From: Dicyema japonicum
Taxonomy: Eukaryota; Animalia; Dicyemida
NCBI GenBank assembly: GCA_011109175.1
Contig: RDEW01000005.1
Coordinates: 1,908,238 to 1,972,237 of the forward strand
DNA: 64,000 nt
Direction of reading: 5' to 3'
Part shown: piece by piece, positions 38,201 to 51,425 of the stretch
Position numbering within the stretch: position 1 is the first letter of the stretch
How the letters are laid out: every line of letters starts with the position of its first letter
The notes under the pieces: generated by a model
Databases searched by the model: none
What the model was told of the DNA's origin: nothing
Seen by the model: only the letters and a program-made list of their open reading frames with translations
Program-made: the position numbers and the translations under genes

Positions 38201-41200
38201 TGAGGGGACATACTAACAAATACTCATTTTCAAGGCACTCGTGGGGTATTAATCTACTTTCTCCCTAATGTTGTACAATAATACTCACTCCTTCAATACA
38301 TCCACATTTGTTGTCTCCCGTCAGTAAGTAAAACAGATTCAATCTTGTTTTGTTGACCACCCAATAAGGACAAAATAATTTCCATATTTTTGTTAGCCTA
38401 AAACTATCAATTTGAATCCCCAAAATCTAGGAAATATTCTAACCAAACAAACCAATGAATCATTCGAATCATTAACAAATTCTGCGTATTCATCCTGATC
38501 ATCGTCCTCTTTAGATAAAATTCGAGAGTAAACCCAGTCCTTACCCAAATAATTGACCAACTAGTAAATTACACAACAGCAACCTTCAAATCAACATGAT
38601 ATCTGTAATCAATACTTCTCAAGTTATGGCGTTTTGTGGGCTCTACGACTACATGCTCATTTCTGACGTTAATCTCCACTGAATAGGGCAAATAATTTTC
38701 GAAGGTAAGAATAGGCAAAATGTGAATTATCTTCCAATATGCCTCCACATTAGAGCTCTCAACAAAAGAGTACTCAGTCTCAGTCTAAACATATCAAGCT
38801 AAATATACTTGGAAATATAGTTGATTCCGATCTTGGTAAATAATGAGGCCCTGAGAAGAAAGAATTTTACTCATTGATATAAACTCATATTCAGATTCAT
38901 CAAAATTATCGGATTTAATCATAATTTTGACAAATTTGGTTCTATAGACTGTAGGAACTGGCAATGAACAATTCGAATTGGCATTAACAGTAACATACAG
39001 ACCATCGTCAAATAGACATAGAAAATCCACACTCAGATGGTTATAAATCTAATTTTATGCACTCATTACATGTATGTCTGATGTGAATTTGACTACCACT
39101 CCGGAAGAAGACGGTTCGACAAGCACCAACAAGGAAAACGTGAACCCATTGGAATTACTCGAAAAGGTTAACAACTTGGAAACTTCTGATTTAACTTCAA
39201 GCTGGAGTTGTTGTTTAAACCCGTCAATCTATGAAAAGTTATGCCAATTGCTAACATTGACGTAAAAAATATAAACATTCTGTTGGTTCTGATTGGATAA
39301 AATATCAGAAACATAATTATCTGATTCAATTGGATCTCTAAACCACAGGTTAATGGATTCGTTTGAATTGATAGTGGTCGACGATTCCTTTGACATTGTT
39401 ACTATTTTTTCGTCGAAAAGTACGTTGATTTTGACTCCACTTTCATTTTTTAAAATCAAAGGGGGATTCTCAATGCTGTTTTTAATATTCTGGAGACTAT
39501 GCCGATCCCCAAATTCCTGAAAATGAATCATCTAATATACATTCGAAAATCCAGTGAGCAATTGATTTTGACTCCACTTTCATTTTTTAAAATCAAAGGG
39601 GGATTCTCAATGCTGTTTTTAATATTCTGGAGACTATGCCGATCCCCAAATTCCTGAAAATAAATCATCTAATATACATTCGAAAATCCAGTGAGCAAGT
39701 CGATTGAGTTTTTCGTGAGAGTTATTTCTAGTCGATCAACCGAGAATAACTGAATAGAAGATTGAGAGTCTATAATCAGTAAATAGTCCAACCATCACTT
39801 AAATAAATAAGCGAGACACTCCAAGGAATAGGACCATTAATATTAGTAGTTGGTTCGATTAGAGGCTCCCACAAGAATGTGGTGGTATTATAACAGGTTG
39901 CCATCAAAGTAAAATCACAGTCAATGAGTAACAAAAATCAGTTAAAAAATTACATAATTAACCGAAGAAGTGATTGTGGACTGAAAGGAGGCATTGAGGG
40001 TTAGCAATGGTGGAGTGTTGAACTGATGAAACGACGAAACATTGATTTTGACAGCTTTAATGTTAATCTGAATCTATTATTATATAAACTAAACAAAACA
40101 GTATGTTTCCGTATAAGAGACAAGTTATTTTCCTTTCGTTGAGCTGATTTCGTAAATTTGCCTGCGTGGTACTTAGAAATAATACTGGAGGGAATTGTAA
40201 GAAACGAAAATGAATCATTAGTCACTTGATGAGTTAAATAACTATTAGGAAGGATGGGCTGAGTCGGTCTCCCCTGTTGTTTTTTCTAAAAATGTAAGGT
40301 AGCCAAGTACATCGGAGGAGGAAAAAATGGAGAGTGCAGCCAAAAGACCATTCACTACGACAGGAAACAAGTTGAACGTGACACTTGAAATAAACAGGTA
40401 AGACAAAATTGAATTCTCCATAGAGGTTTGGTTAAATTCAATGGTGACTGGATTGACAACCTAAATTTTTTATGTATTCACTGAAACTCTAATGGTTGAG
40501 TCAAAATCAAATCCTTCCTTGTATATTCCAGCAAATACCACAGCCTTATTCAGAGTCACTTTTATTTGTGATCCTTTTAAATTCCAATGACCATAAAAGT
40601 TGAAAGAACTCTGAAAATTAATTAAAAATCACTCTGAGAAGAAAGCCAGTATTCACAGCATCAGATTCGAGTAAAATAATGTCTGGAAATGTGTTGATTT
40701 CCACAGTCATATCCCGAATACTGTCATTTTGATTGTCCACATTAATTTCTGTATCAGAGGAACTAATGTTATTCCTGGTAGGTGGGGTGACTATAGACAG
40801 AATTGTGGACACATATGGAAGATCAAATGCCATTACAAACGGAATAATCCTCACACTTACTGCAAATTTATAAAAGACAATACTCGCAACAAGATTAGCT
40901 GTAATTTTGTGATGATATTCGATGAAGTTAGCCTCGGAATCTATTTTACGTTTATTAAAAATTGTTCTATTAAACAGTTGAGATTGATTGGGACGGATGT
41001 CTTTCACAATCAAATCACCCAATGAAACAGAAAGTTGTGTCTCAGTGCCAGATTCAACACTCAATTTAAGACTTGTTAAATCAATTACTCCAAAACCGTT
41101 GTTTCGTGAGTGACTCACAAAATCATTAGAACTCTCCTAGGAATGAACTTAATGACTGACCTGTTTTTGATACAAAGTCAGTTCAATAATTCCAACAGTA

Positions 41201-44200
41201 ACGTTGCATCTAAAAGAAACGTCTGTAGCCGGACTCAAATTCAATTTGTCCAGAGAACTGGTCGACAATGTTTCTTCATTTTTAGAGGGACTCGAAATAT
41301 TATTTAAAACGTTCAGAAAAAGAATGTAGTCTAGTCTGCTGGCCTCCATCTGCAATTGGTTATAGAGCTACCTTTAGATTTGGAATGGTCCCAACAAATT
41401 CAGTGGTGCCAATGTCTGAAGGACGGGAAATGTTAAAAACAGCGGAAATTGGTAAAACTAAATCACACAGTAGAGTGTAAATATCCAACTCTCCGTCCAC
41501 CAAGATTGTCCTTGTAATATTATAGTGCATCGAACCTCTGCAAATTAACAGAACGAATTGTAATGGTGATGTACTCCAAGAATGAGATATCCGAACCCTG
41601 AATAGTCTTGAATTCATTGGTTAGACTCAAATGCCCAAAGTCAGCCAAAATGCAGTCAGTTGATCTACAACTCTGTGGTAATATTAACTCTGGGGCGCTC
41701 ACATCCATCTAATTTTAACCGAATTTTTACATTTAATTTTATCTTTGTTTGCTGTTTCAGTACTTTGGCCGATTTGTGGACAACAGTTGTCATCTTTTCC
41801 TTTATTCTAGTAGCCGGAGTGACTGGATCGTCGGTTAGTATTTTTATATGATCAAGAAATGTCCATATTGGTATCAATAGTTCGCTCAGGTAAACAATCT
41901 TGACCTTGCCAATAAAGACCTTGATTTCCATGTATTTATCGCTGTTCCGAGCAATTACAGAACCATGTGCAATCTTTTTGTCCTTTTCGGTGGAAAGAAA
42001 ATGACGAAACAAACAATTATTCAAAAATGAGTCGATAAAGACGCTGCCAATATCAAAATTGATGATTTTTAGATCTTTGGTAAATTCAATAGTCGTCGAT
42101 AAACTGTTGATGTTTCCTTTCACTGTTTCTCCCTGTATAGTTTCCAGAACCAAAAGGATGAAATCAATTTTCACGTTAAAAACAGTCTCCTTTAGATTTT
42201 TATTCATTGAATCGTCCTCCGTTGTCGACGAAGGTGATTTGATCGGCACATTACCATGATTACCAAACGATGAGACAAATTTCAAAACGTCAACAAACAA
42301 ATCCTCTTTGAGAGAAAAACTGAACGTCGTCAGATGAACAAACATATTTTTCTTGATTCCGTCATAATCCTCTAAAAAACGAGGATTATTCACATCAGCC
42401 TACGTAAACATACAAAATACTAGCAAAATCTTCACAGTGATAAGATTATCAGTGTTGCTTCTATTTATTGAGGATATAATCGTTTCAAGGGAATCTGGGA
42501 GTAATTTATGAAATATTTTAACTTTGGGAGATAATTCTATCCATAGACATTGATTCGATGACAAAATTGAAGCTGGTAACCCACGTGTGGATATAAAATT
42601 CAATCTTCATATTGTCGAGCATAAACGACAGGTCCTGAGACCCAATCCTAACTCTGAGTTTTACCTAAAATATCAATGACAGTCGAACATTGCTAATGGT
42701 GAACATAAACTTTAAAAGAAATAGGTTTATGGTCTCAGTTAGATCTGAGTCAATCTAGAGAATTCTCAAAACATCTAATACACGCTGTGATCTACGTTTC
42801 TGCAACATTTTGGCTTCCTGAAATTCATCAATCTCCTCATTCGAATATTGAGGAGTATTAAACTGCAGGTAATACAACAAAATAAACCATTTCCACGTTT
42901 TCCCACGTGGGGATAGCTTGGGAAAAGGTTATGAGTTTAGAAACTCGGTCGTCATTGAGGAAAATTTCAATCCACGGTAGTATGCCGTCAATGACGATTC
43001 TAAGTTAAAGTTTACAGTACTTTGGATATTGTGGATCACTCAAAACACAATTGTCGATTTTAAACGTCAGTGATAACGGAAGAAGCAAGTGAAATGGAGA
43101 GGAAGCCATGTTGAGATATAGACGCCAATCCACTTCTGCAACCATACAAGTAAAGTCAACCTTTGTCCATTAGCAGAATCTGCATATCCTTGAATTTGAC
43201 AGTGTAGTGGTCATATATCAGCTCATTCAAGTTGTCCACGTCAGTCTGAAAACTAATTAATGAAAAAAAACAGTGTTGTCGTATTGACTCGGTTGAGATG
43301 AGAGAACCAATTTTCCGCAATCGACAACAATAAGCGAGGAATAACTAAATTACACAATCCCATCACTTAAAGTAATCTCCAGTATCAGGGATCAAAATCT
43401 TTAGGGATTCCGAGTCCAAAAGAATATCGACAAATTTTTTTGACTTAATCAAAGTTTTCACGCTTACAGAAGATTTATCCACCAAATCCATAAGTCTATC
43501 ATACGTTTTAGTTTGATATCTGAGAATATTAGAATTCAAATACTCTTGAATGACCATTGACTCTGGTAAGGAGAAGAACATGAGCACATCCCTAACAATT
43601 CCCTGCAGTAATCATTATCTGTAACCTTAGTATATGTTATTAATGCGGACTGTGTTTTGATTCGCAGATAGGCTGACGATTTTTTGTTGCACGGATTCAG
43701 CTCAAATTCACAGTTAAACAAATTTTCTTTGTCACGGGTAATTGTATTTTCAAGAAATGTGTACTTATCCCCGTTTTTGTTTGTATGAATCACTTTAAAA
43801 CTGAACAGGGAGAGCTGTAAATGAATTCCATTAGCCGAGGTTTCAAGAAATGTGTACTTATCCCCGTTTTTGTTTGTATGAATCACTTTAAAACTGAACA
43901 GGGAGAGCTGTAAATGAATTCCATTAGCCGAGGGTCGATATGAGGCGATGGCATTGAATTTGTATAAATGGAGGGATATTGGCTTGTACAACCTAAAGTG
44001 AGGGAAGGAAATACTGGCTATTGGGTTTGATTACAAATGAGAAGGATTCTAAGACAAGACTGAGTTGGTAAGCCACATACTACACGTGAGTAAAAATCTT
44101 ACATCTTGGGGATAAAAAAACAGATCAGCCATATCTTCAGTAAACCCGATAGCCTCGTTTAACTTTATTCGTTCTTCCTCAGTGAATTCATCCTTAAATC

Positions 44201-45771
44201 CCTTCTCTATTTCAGTTTCGCTGCTCCAAAACTTGAGTTTTCCAAACCAACTTGATTTACTTTGCTTATTTTTTAAATTCTAAACCATCACGAACAAACT
44301 AATACTTTTTTACGAGCAAGTTTTCTCGCGAGGACAAGGGAAAACAAATCCAATTTATCCTCGCACACCAAAAATAACAGAAACTTCTAACTTTAAGCTT
44401 TTCTTTCGTTTCTTTGGAGACTTTATTATAACCATGAGTCAATATTTTGTCATACAAGTCAATGTAGTCCCTGAGGACACGAAAATGTTGAAGAGTGGCA
44501 TATATGTCTTTATTTTTTAATTTTGGCCTTATCTGTGTCTCCAAAATGCACGTGTACGCATATTTCCATCTGATATTAGCTTGTAATAGTACAAAGTGCG
44601 ATAGTCGGACTTTAGATCTCCAAGAGGTCGATATTTACGGAACTGGGAGGAAATTTTGATGGCATTGAAAGAGTCCAATATTTGAAGAACTCCCACGTAC
44701 TCCTATAAAAGAGACAACTCACCTGGGAACGTTCCAAAATCAATTCAAAGTTTCCGAGTTGAATATGAGCGACGACTTTTGGCCGAGAATAATTCGTATC
44801 CATTGGTTTCATATCAATTTCGAGTTTGACGTCGAGTGAAAGTGGGGACAGCACTAAAATTAGTCAAAACAAACCATAATTCAGCTTCGATTTGTTCGCC
44901 TTTATATTTTTGAGCAAAAAATCCTAAAATCAGCAAAAATGGTAAAACTTGAATTTCGTTGCTGGATTTTCCGATAATCAAGGTTGGGTGGTTGACGACT
45001 ACGTAAAAAGTGAGGGAACGAATCGCAGCCAGCTAAATAAATTAAAGACACATTAACTTTGTTAAAAATGAACGAAGTCTCAGTGATGACTGTTTCCATC
45101 CAGTCTTTGTCGACTGTCTACCAAATTTATAAGAGAATACCCTTATAAAGATTTCCTTCAGAGTTAATCCGATTGCTATTGGCTTTGATGAATTAGTATA
45201 ATCCTCATATCGGATATGAACATTCTTGACAGTCAATTGTAAATTTTTTAGAATTTGAAATAAAATCATTTCGATATATCCGATAGGCTGGTTAACTTCT
45301 TCCTTCGCTTCATTGATGCTCTCGATACTGGCGAGGCGAGACATCTTTCTGTTATAAGCAATCTTGTTGTCTTCCTCTGGATCATACGGCATCACTCTGT
45401 AAGATAAAACCGATACCATTTATTGGCTGACAACAAATCAGAAGATTCTCCATTACCCCAACAACTGGAGCCTTGTAGATGTTAGTCCACGGGACCTTCA
45501 GTTTGAGGGTTCCTGGATTATTAGATTCCTAGAAACCGATCTTCCCGAAGGTCACGGAAATTGGAATATTTTTGTCTTCCTGAAAATATTAAATTAATAA
45601 TACAAAAATAGTCGACTTCAAAATTAGGTCATTAAGGCTAATATCACCTAAAATTTTATATTTTCATTAACCATTCCAAATGTTTGTCTTAAGCTGATCT
45701 TTATCCAAGTTAACTATGTAATCTCCAAGTGCACGATTTATTAGATCTGCGACCAAACTTTCAAACACCAT
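35223..45771 (-). CDS. VPS13: Vacuolar protein sorting 13 (VPS13A/C-type bridge lipid-transfer protein)
   Basis: Chorein N-terminus '[34 protein letters not shown]', '[10 protein letters not shown]', 'WEPLIEP', 'CPYWVVNKT' and APT1/ATG2C '[11 protein letters not shown]'. The frame was followed through more than 40 tiny introns; two need TG acceptors; two internal duplications. Confidence 0.95.
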
Positions 45772-46109
45772 TAAAATTTTGTATTTGAATTTTTAAATAA
45801 AAATTAATTTTATTTTACTAATTAGTTAAATACTTTTTATTTTTTGCAAATAAAAATTTTTAATTTATCGATTTTTAGAAAAGCGATTCTCATTATTTAT
45901 GTGTCATTGATTGTCAATATTTCTGTATTTCTTTGCCACTCGTAAAATTCAGCGGGGGATTAATAAAATCAATTTAATAAGTGGTTTAAATTTTGCAATT
46001 CACCATATTACAAAAATCATCCATGAAATATTGACGAGATCGCTGATTTGGCAGTGTGTTAAAATGTTGAACAGTAATTACATCTGAAGACGCAACAAAG
46101 TGGTTAAAT

Positions 46110-46360
46110 GTGTGCATGTGCATCTTTGCAAAATGCACGGATTCAAAAAAAGCGGGATTCGGTTCAGTCAATATTATCGACAAGTTGAGGTTGAGAAGTG
46201 TCACAGGTTTGACCTTGCAGGGAGCTTTGGTTACTCTACGACTGTCAGCTAAAGAATATCCCGCTGCTCATGATCTGGGATGCAGTGTCAAAATGCTATC
46301 CATCGAAGAAGCTTCAATGACTTTCATTCAATCAGTCGTATTGAAGAAAACTCTTTAAAG
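46110..46360 (+). mobile_element. R4/NeSL-like C-terminal remnant
   Basis: 'KEYPAAHDLG...TFIQSVVLKKTL' resembles KYDLLANELG...AYIQSVVLKKT. Confidence 0.45.
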
Positions 46361-47512
46361 CATGGTGGCTGAACAGAACCAAGGAATTAAGGTCTCTAAT
46401 GAAGACATCGAAAGTGACCAAGACGCCTCTTAGGAATTGAAGAAGGCAAAAAGCATAAAGGAATCCATCGACCAGGTTGGTATTAGGGGGAAACTCACAA
46501 CCAATCGTGACAGCAGTAGCCACTATGCTTCCCCTTATTATCAAACACTCTCAACATGATATGATAATGACAAAACATGTGCAACTTGATAAATTAGTAA
46601 CAAAGTCATCTTCACTTGCCCCTATCATATGCTAGCTCACGTAGTACATTCAGATCATCTCCTCTTAAGCGTCTCGCAATCTTTTGATGGTCCCCATCGA
46701 GGACCATATGCTACCTCTTGGGAATTAAAAAATGAAACAACCACAGAGTTATATTAATTATTAAATTATTTCAAAGACCAAGTGTAAAACAAAACTAACT
46801 GATTCCCTGATCCTGATGTGTTCCAGCAGAACCCTCACCCGAACACAGTGATCCGCTTTGTCAGGAGAACTGAGGTCGATTCCAGATCAGGTAGCCATAT
46901 GTCACCACGCGGCCATTATAATTTTTGGTTCAAATTTAATTAATCAAGCAAATCAAAAAGTTAAAAAACGTGTTAAGTTGAATAAATAGTTAGTTATCAT
47001 CGTGGCGCCATGTGGTGCAACTTGGTTGATTGATTGCAGTTTTCTGTTTGTTTTGTCTGTTTTTCGTCTTTCCCTGCTCATTAGAAGTTGAACTTATCAT
47101 TCCAAAACAAATTGTTACCGGTCTCTTTTCGGAGGAAAAAAGAAATTTTTAATTTTGTCTAAAAACATGTTCGACGTAGTATAGGACAAAAAAATTGAGA
47201 CAAAGACACCAGTCCCCTATTTTCGGAGGACAAACGAAATTTAAAACATGCTCGACGTTGTTCAAAGTGTAAACAAAATTAAATGTTTTAATTAAATTAC
47301 CACGATAGATTTTATTTGGCACCAGTCCCCTATTTTCGGAGGACAAACGAAATTTAAAACATGCTCGACGTTGTTCAAAGTGTAAACAAAATTAAATGTT
47401 TTAATTAAATTACCACGATAGATTTTATTTGGTGCCTCCATACATTCGGTTAATTCACAAGAAAAATTAAATATAATTATGTGTTATTTGCAAAATCAAG
47501 TATATCCCATTG

Positions 47513-47735
47513 GAATGCATTAGGGTGGATTAGAGAATGGATTAGGGTAATTAGGAAATGTATAAGGTTAAATTAGAGAATGCATTAGGCTAATTAGAGA
47601 ATGCATTAGGGTGAATTACAGAATGGATTAGGGTAAATTAGAGAATGGATTAGGGTAATTACAGAATGGATTAAGGTGAATTAGGGAATGGATTAGGGTA
47701 AATAGGGAATGGATTAAGGTGGATTAGGGAATGGA
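47513..47735 (+). repeat. TTAGGG-containing minisatellite (about 21-22 nt unit, about 10 copies)
   Basis: Approximate unit GAATGGATTAGGGT(A/G)AATTAG(A/G), visible directly. Confidence 0.9.
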
Positions 47736-48099
47736 CTGTCAGGTTGCAACAACAAGATTTTAACAACACGTGGATCGTTTTAACGTGAGGTTAGAGGACA
47801 ACCCCCTGTCAATTACCCCGGAGAAATCATCATCACATTATTCACTTCGGACAAAAGATAAAGCAGATAGACAGGAAACCATCCCATCTTGAACTCCATC
47901 TACAAACAGTACGCCGAACCATGCATCTCAAATGCGTGTCCTTCCTGGGAACCGTTTATCTGAATAATTTCATGAAGATCGAAGCTAGCGAGCCAAAATA
48001 AAGTTTCTAAGAAACGATGGACTTTTAGAAAATAAATGCTTGATCTACGTCACGGAAACCGACATCTGAAAGATCTGTCAACAAAGAGTCAATTGACAA

Positions 48100-48410
48100 G
48101 GGTGTTGCTACAATACAGTAGAATCCTCTTGACAATGGTGATGAATGTATTAGCAGTCCCGACCTTGATCAAATATTACAAGTGTTCATCAGTCATTTAT
48201 GTTCTCTGAGAAGATTTTGTTTATTTCATCAAAGAAAACAACTGTTCACACAGATGTAGTACCGACATTGTCATAATCCTCGTTGAAAACTTTCTGAAAT
48301 TTGTAAACCTTTCAGGAAGGTTTAAATAAAATCCAGGTATCCCCATTAATAAGTATTTTGCTCTGATTGTAGAATCAGGCTGCCTTTCTAATAGTTCCAT
48401 TTGCAAGTCT
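48100..48410 (-). mobile_element. hAT (Charlie/SPIN-like) transposase C-terminal remnant
   Basis: 'QMELLERQPDSTIRAKY...FYLNLPERF...LCEQLFSLMK' followed by 'TDEHL'. Confidence 0.8.
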
Positions 48411-49006
48411 TCATCTTATTTGACGACATCAGAGGTGAAAGGTGCCGAGAGTAATGAAAATTGGTATTCAAATGATCAGTATCGTTGTTATGGGAACCTT
48501 CTTATATAATGGCGAGCTAAAGTTTAAGCGAATGAACGTGTTTTGGCCACGTAGAACACCCATAACCCCGGCCTGTCATTTTACGCCATTGAAGAAATCC
48601 ACTGATTTTTTCTGGTGGTCTCATTTTAATGACACCGCTCCAGTGTCGTCGACTTATAACAAACTACAGTATCAAGCTGCTATTATTCAGCTACAAATGT
48701 GCAAAATCTCAGTTCTGAAGCAAGATTGCTTGATGGAATGGATGGCTATCGATACTTCTGGTTTTTTTAAATAAAAATAGCAAAGTCTTGAAGGAAAAAA
48801 TACTAAAGTCAAGCTAAGAAGAAGATCTATAGTCTGGCAAAGTCAAAATTAAACTCAGTGAATTTTTTTAAATCTATAACCAATGGATCTTAACATTTTT
48901 TAAGTCAGCTCCCCCTTTTAATACAATTTTGAAGTTTCAAAATTTCAGCGCCCCCAATTTTGTTTCAATTGCTGATTGAGGTAAAAATTTTACTGAGTGC
49001 CCTTCG

Positions 49007-49540
49007 TTACAAATCAAATTTGCCATATTTTTGGTGAAATGCAACGTTATCCAGAATTTTGCAATTCAATAAACTTTTTGATTGAATCCAATTTATTAAA
49101 TCGATGGTGAATTTTTTGAAACTTTCAGTACTTAAAGAACCAATTATTTGAGAAAATATTCCTCCATTTCTATTCTTAGCACAGCAGATGCTTAAATTAC
49201 TTGCACGAATACCAGGCGCAATAACAACATGATTTTGGATAGATAAACTTTTTCCGTATTTCGTTCTCATACAAACATTGAACCCGACTTTATCCAAAAA
49301 GAATATTTTTCTTTCTATTATATCCGTAAGCATGTCCTGATATGTTTCTTTCTGGTATATCCGTAAGGAGATTCTGAAGGTAGGTTTTGATTTCTGAAGT
49401 CACTTTGGAAAATCTCTGTCCACCTCTACCATCCTGTTCGATGCGGCCTTTGCTCAAGTATGAGCGAATTACATTGCTCACATGTCCGAGGAATTCCCAA
49501 AATATTCCCAATTGTAGTGATAGATTGTCCATCGTCATAA
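49007..49540 (-). mobile_element. IS630/Tc1 transposase remnant
   Basis: HTH-linker 'GRIEQDGRGGQRFSKVT', then 'IFFLDKVGFNVCMR' and 'ILDNVAFH'. Confidence 0.85.
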
Positions 49541-50599
49541 TTCGAGACGATTACACGTCTTGTTTTATTGGAAATCCTATTCACAATCATTCTTACCAAA
49601 TTGATTCGCTAGATTCGGCACTTAAGAGATAACATCACATCCAAAAAACATTGTGACTTATTTGAAGATGACTTTTTTGAAGTGGACAACGACCCAATTG
49701 ATTTAGAATGCGACTCAATTAAAATAGAAACGACTTAATTTATACGGAAAATGACTTAATTGATGTAGAAAGTGACTAATATGAAGTGGAAACCCTGTAT
49801 TTGGCCATTTTTTTAAATTGTAGATCGAAACTGTTTCTTGGTCAACTGACCAAATATTATTATGTTAAAATAAAATAGTTGATTCACAAACAAAACTTTT
49901 TTTTTGTTATATAAAAAAAATTTTAGTGACTGCCTTGTGTTTGATGAGAATTGTCAATCCCTTTATGTCAGCTTTCATAGTTGACAGAGTCTTCTTGAGG
50001 GCAGTAAATATTTTTTTAGAAAAGTACACACAAAAAAAGTAGAATTTATTAGAAAAGCACGTGATATATGATTTATAAAACCTAATGCAAATATTTATAA
50101 TAATTAAAAAAATTAAAATTCCAGTGCCCCCTCCTAATATGTTCCAGCGCCTCCGTTAAGAATCACTGCTATAAATGAACATGTCTCATCGTTGTATAAT
50201 TACATCGGACTAGTTGACATCGAACCAACTGAATATGAACTGATTTACAAAAACATACGCAGAATCCTTGTGCACCATCGGATTCACCTGAAACCAGCGA
50301 ATACAGAAAAAACTTTATATGCCAAGAAACCAACTTGGAAGGGGATTGGAATATATTACACATAAAAGTGAACTGATGCTACTCCAATTTTTATGAGACC
50401 TTGGAAAGTAGTCGAGTTACTGTTCGAGGAAGTTAGGGATTCTATCAAATAAAAGAAAACACATATGGCCACTGTCGAAGAATTTCTATACCGAAAAAAT
50501 AAAGTTCAAGGACCTGATATTCTCAGTCTCGTCCTATTAAAAGAACATCAAAAGAACTGGCTAATTGAAGAAATTCAAAAAAGCAGTTACACGTAGTCC

Positions 50600-51020
50600 T
50601 ATTCCATTGTCTGAGTGATATATATGTTGATGTCGAATCTTCCATTTGGTTATGCAGGGGAACAACTTTTCCAGATTTGATGGAATGCTGTGTCTAACAC
50701 AAGACCGAAATTTATTCTTTGATAATGCTGGGGCCAGTTGCAGTCACTGCAACTCTGCCAAAAAAACTGTTGACCAGTTGCAACAAGATGTGCTCGATTG
50801 CTGAATACTGACTATCTTCGACGTCATAACCAATTTGTTAGATGCTTACATTTGCATCTATGCCAACAATACGGAATAAAAAAATCCAAAAAACTGAAAA
50901 CACATAAAAGCTTTGACTTTTACGGAAGGCATTCGGGGTTTGACAGTGTAAGAGTTCTTCTAGTGTTGGCTATTTTTATTTTTCAATCAGACAAGATGCC
51001 TCCACATAGCAATAGGTTTT
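50600..51020 (+). mobile_element. R4/NeSL-like non-LTR fragment (zinc knuckle region)
   Basis: 'CSHCNSAKKTVDQL' and 'YLRRHNQFVRCLHLHLCQQYG'. Confidence 0.7.
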
Positions 51021-51425
51021 GACAAGTCTGGTAGGCATCCAAAGGGAGCGTAAAATCTTTAGGACAAGATCTGGTAAGGATTATGCATATAATTTAATCG
51101 TGATGTTTCCAGTGTTTTTACGGTACTGAAATTCCAAGGAATTCAACGGGGGATAGGAAATTTAGATAACTATGGGTAAAGATTTTCTCCCACCTGACAG
51201 CCGATCACTCCTGATGGTGGTTGGCCCATCGTAAGAAAAACGTACGAAAAGCGGTCTGGCTGAGGAAACGAATTGGAATTGCAGTTGTCCGCGGAAACGC
51301 TTACTCCGTAATGTCAGCAGCCGCTCTTCCCTGTTATTGGTAATAAATAATATTTTAATTTACTAATAAATGTTAGCAAAAAATTTTATAATAAAAAAAT
51401 ATTTAAATTTAAATAAATCTTGTGT

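Noticed and set aside
39425-39700. 137-nt duplication inside VPS13 that would break the frame
   Set aside because: The copies differ by one SNP, as expected for two haplotypes placed in tandem; removing one copy restores the gene.
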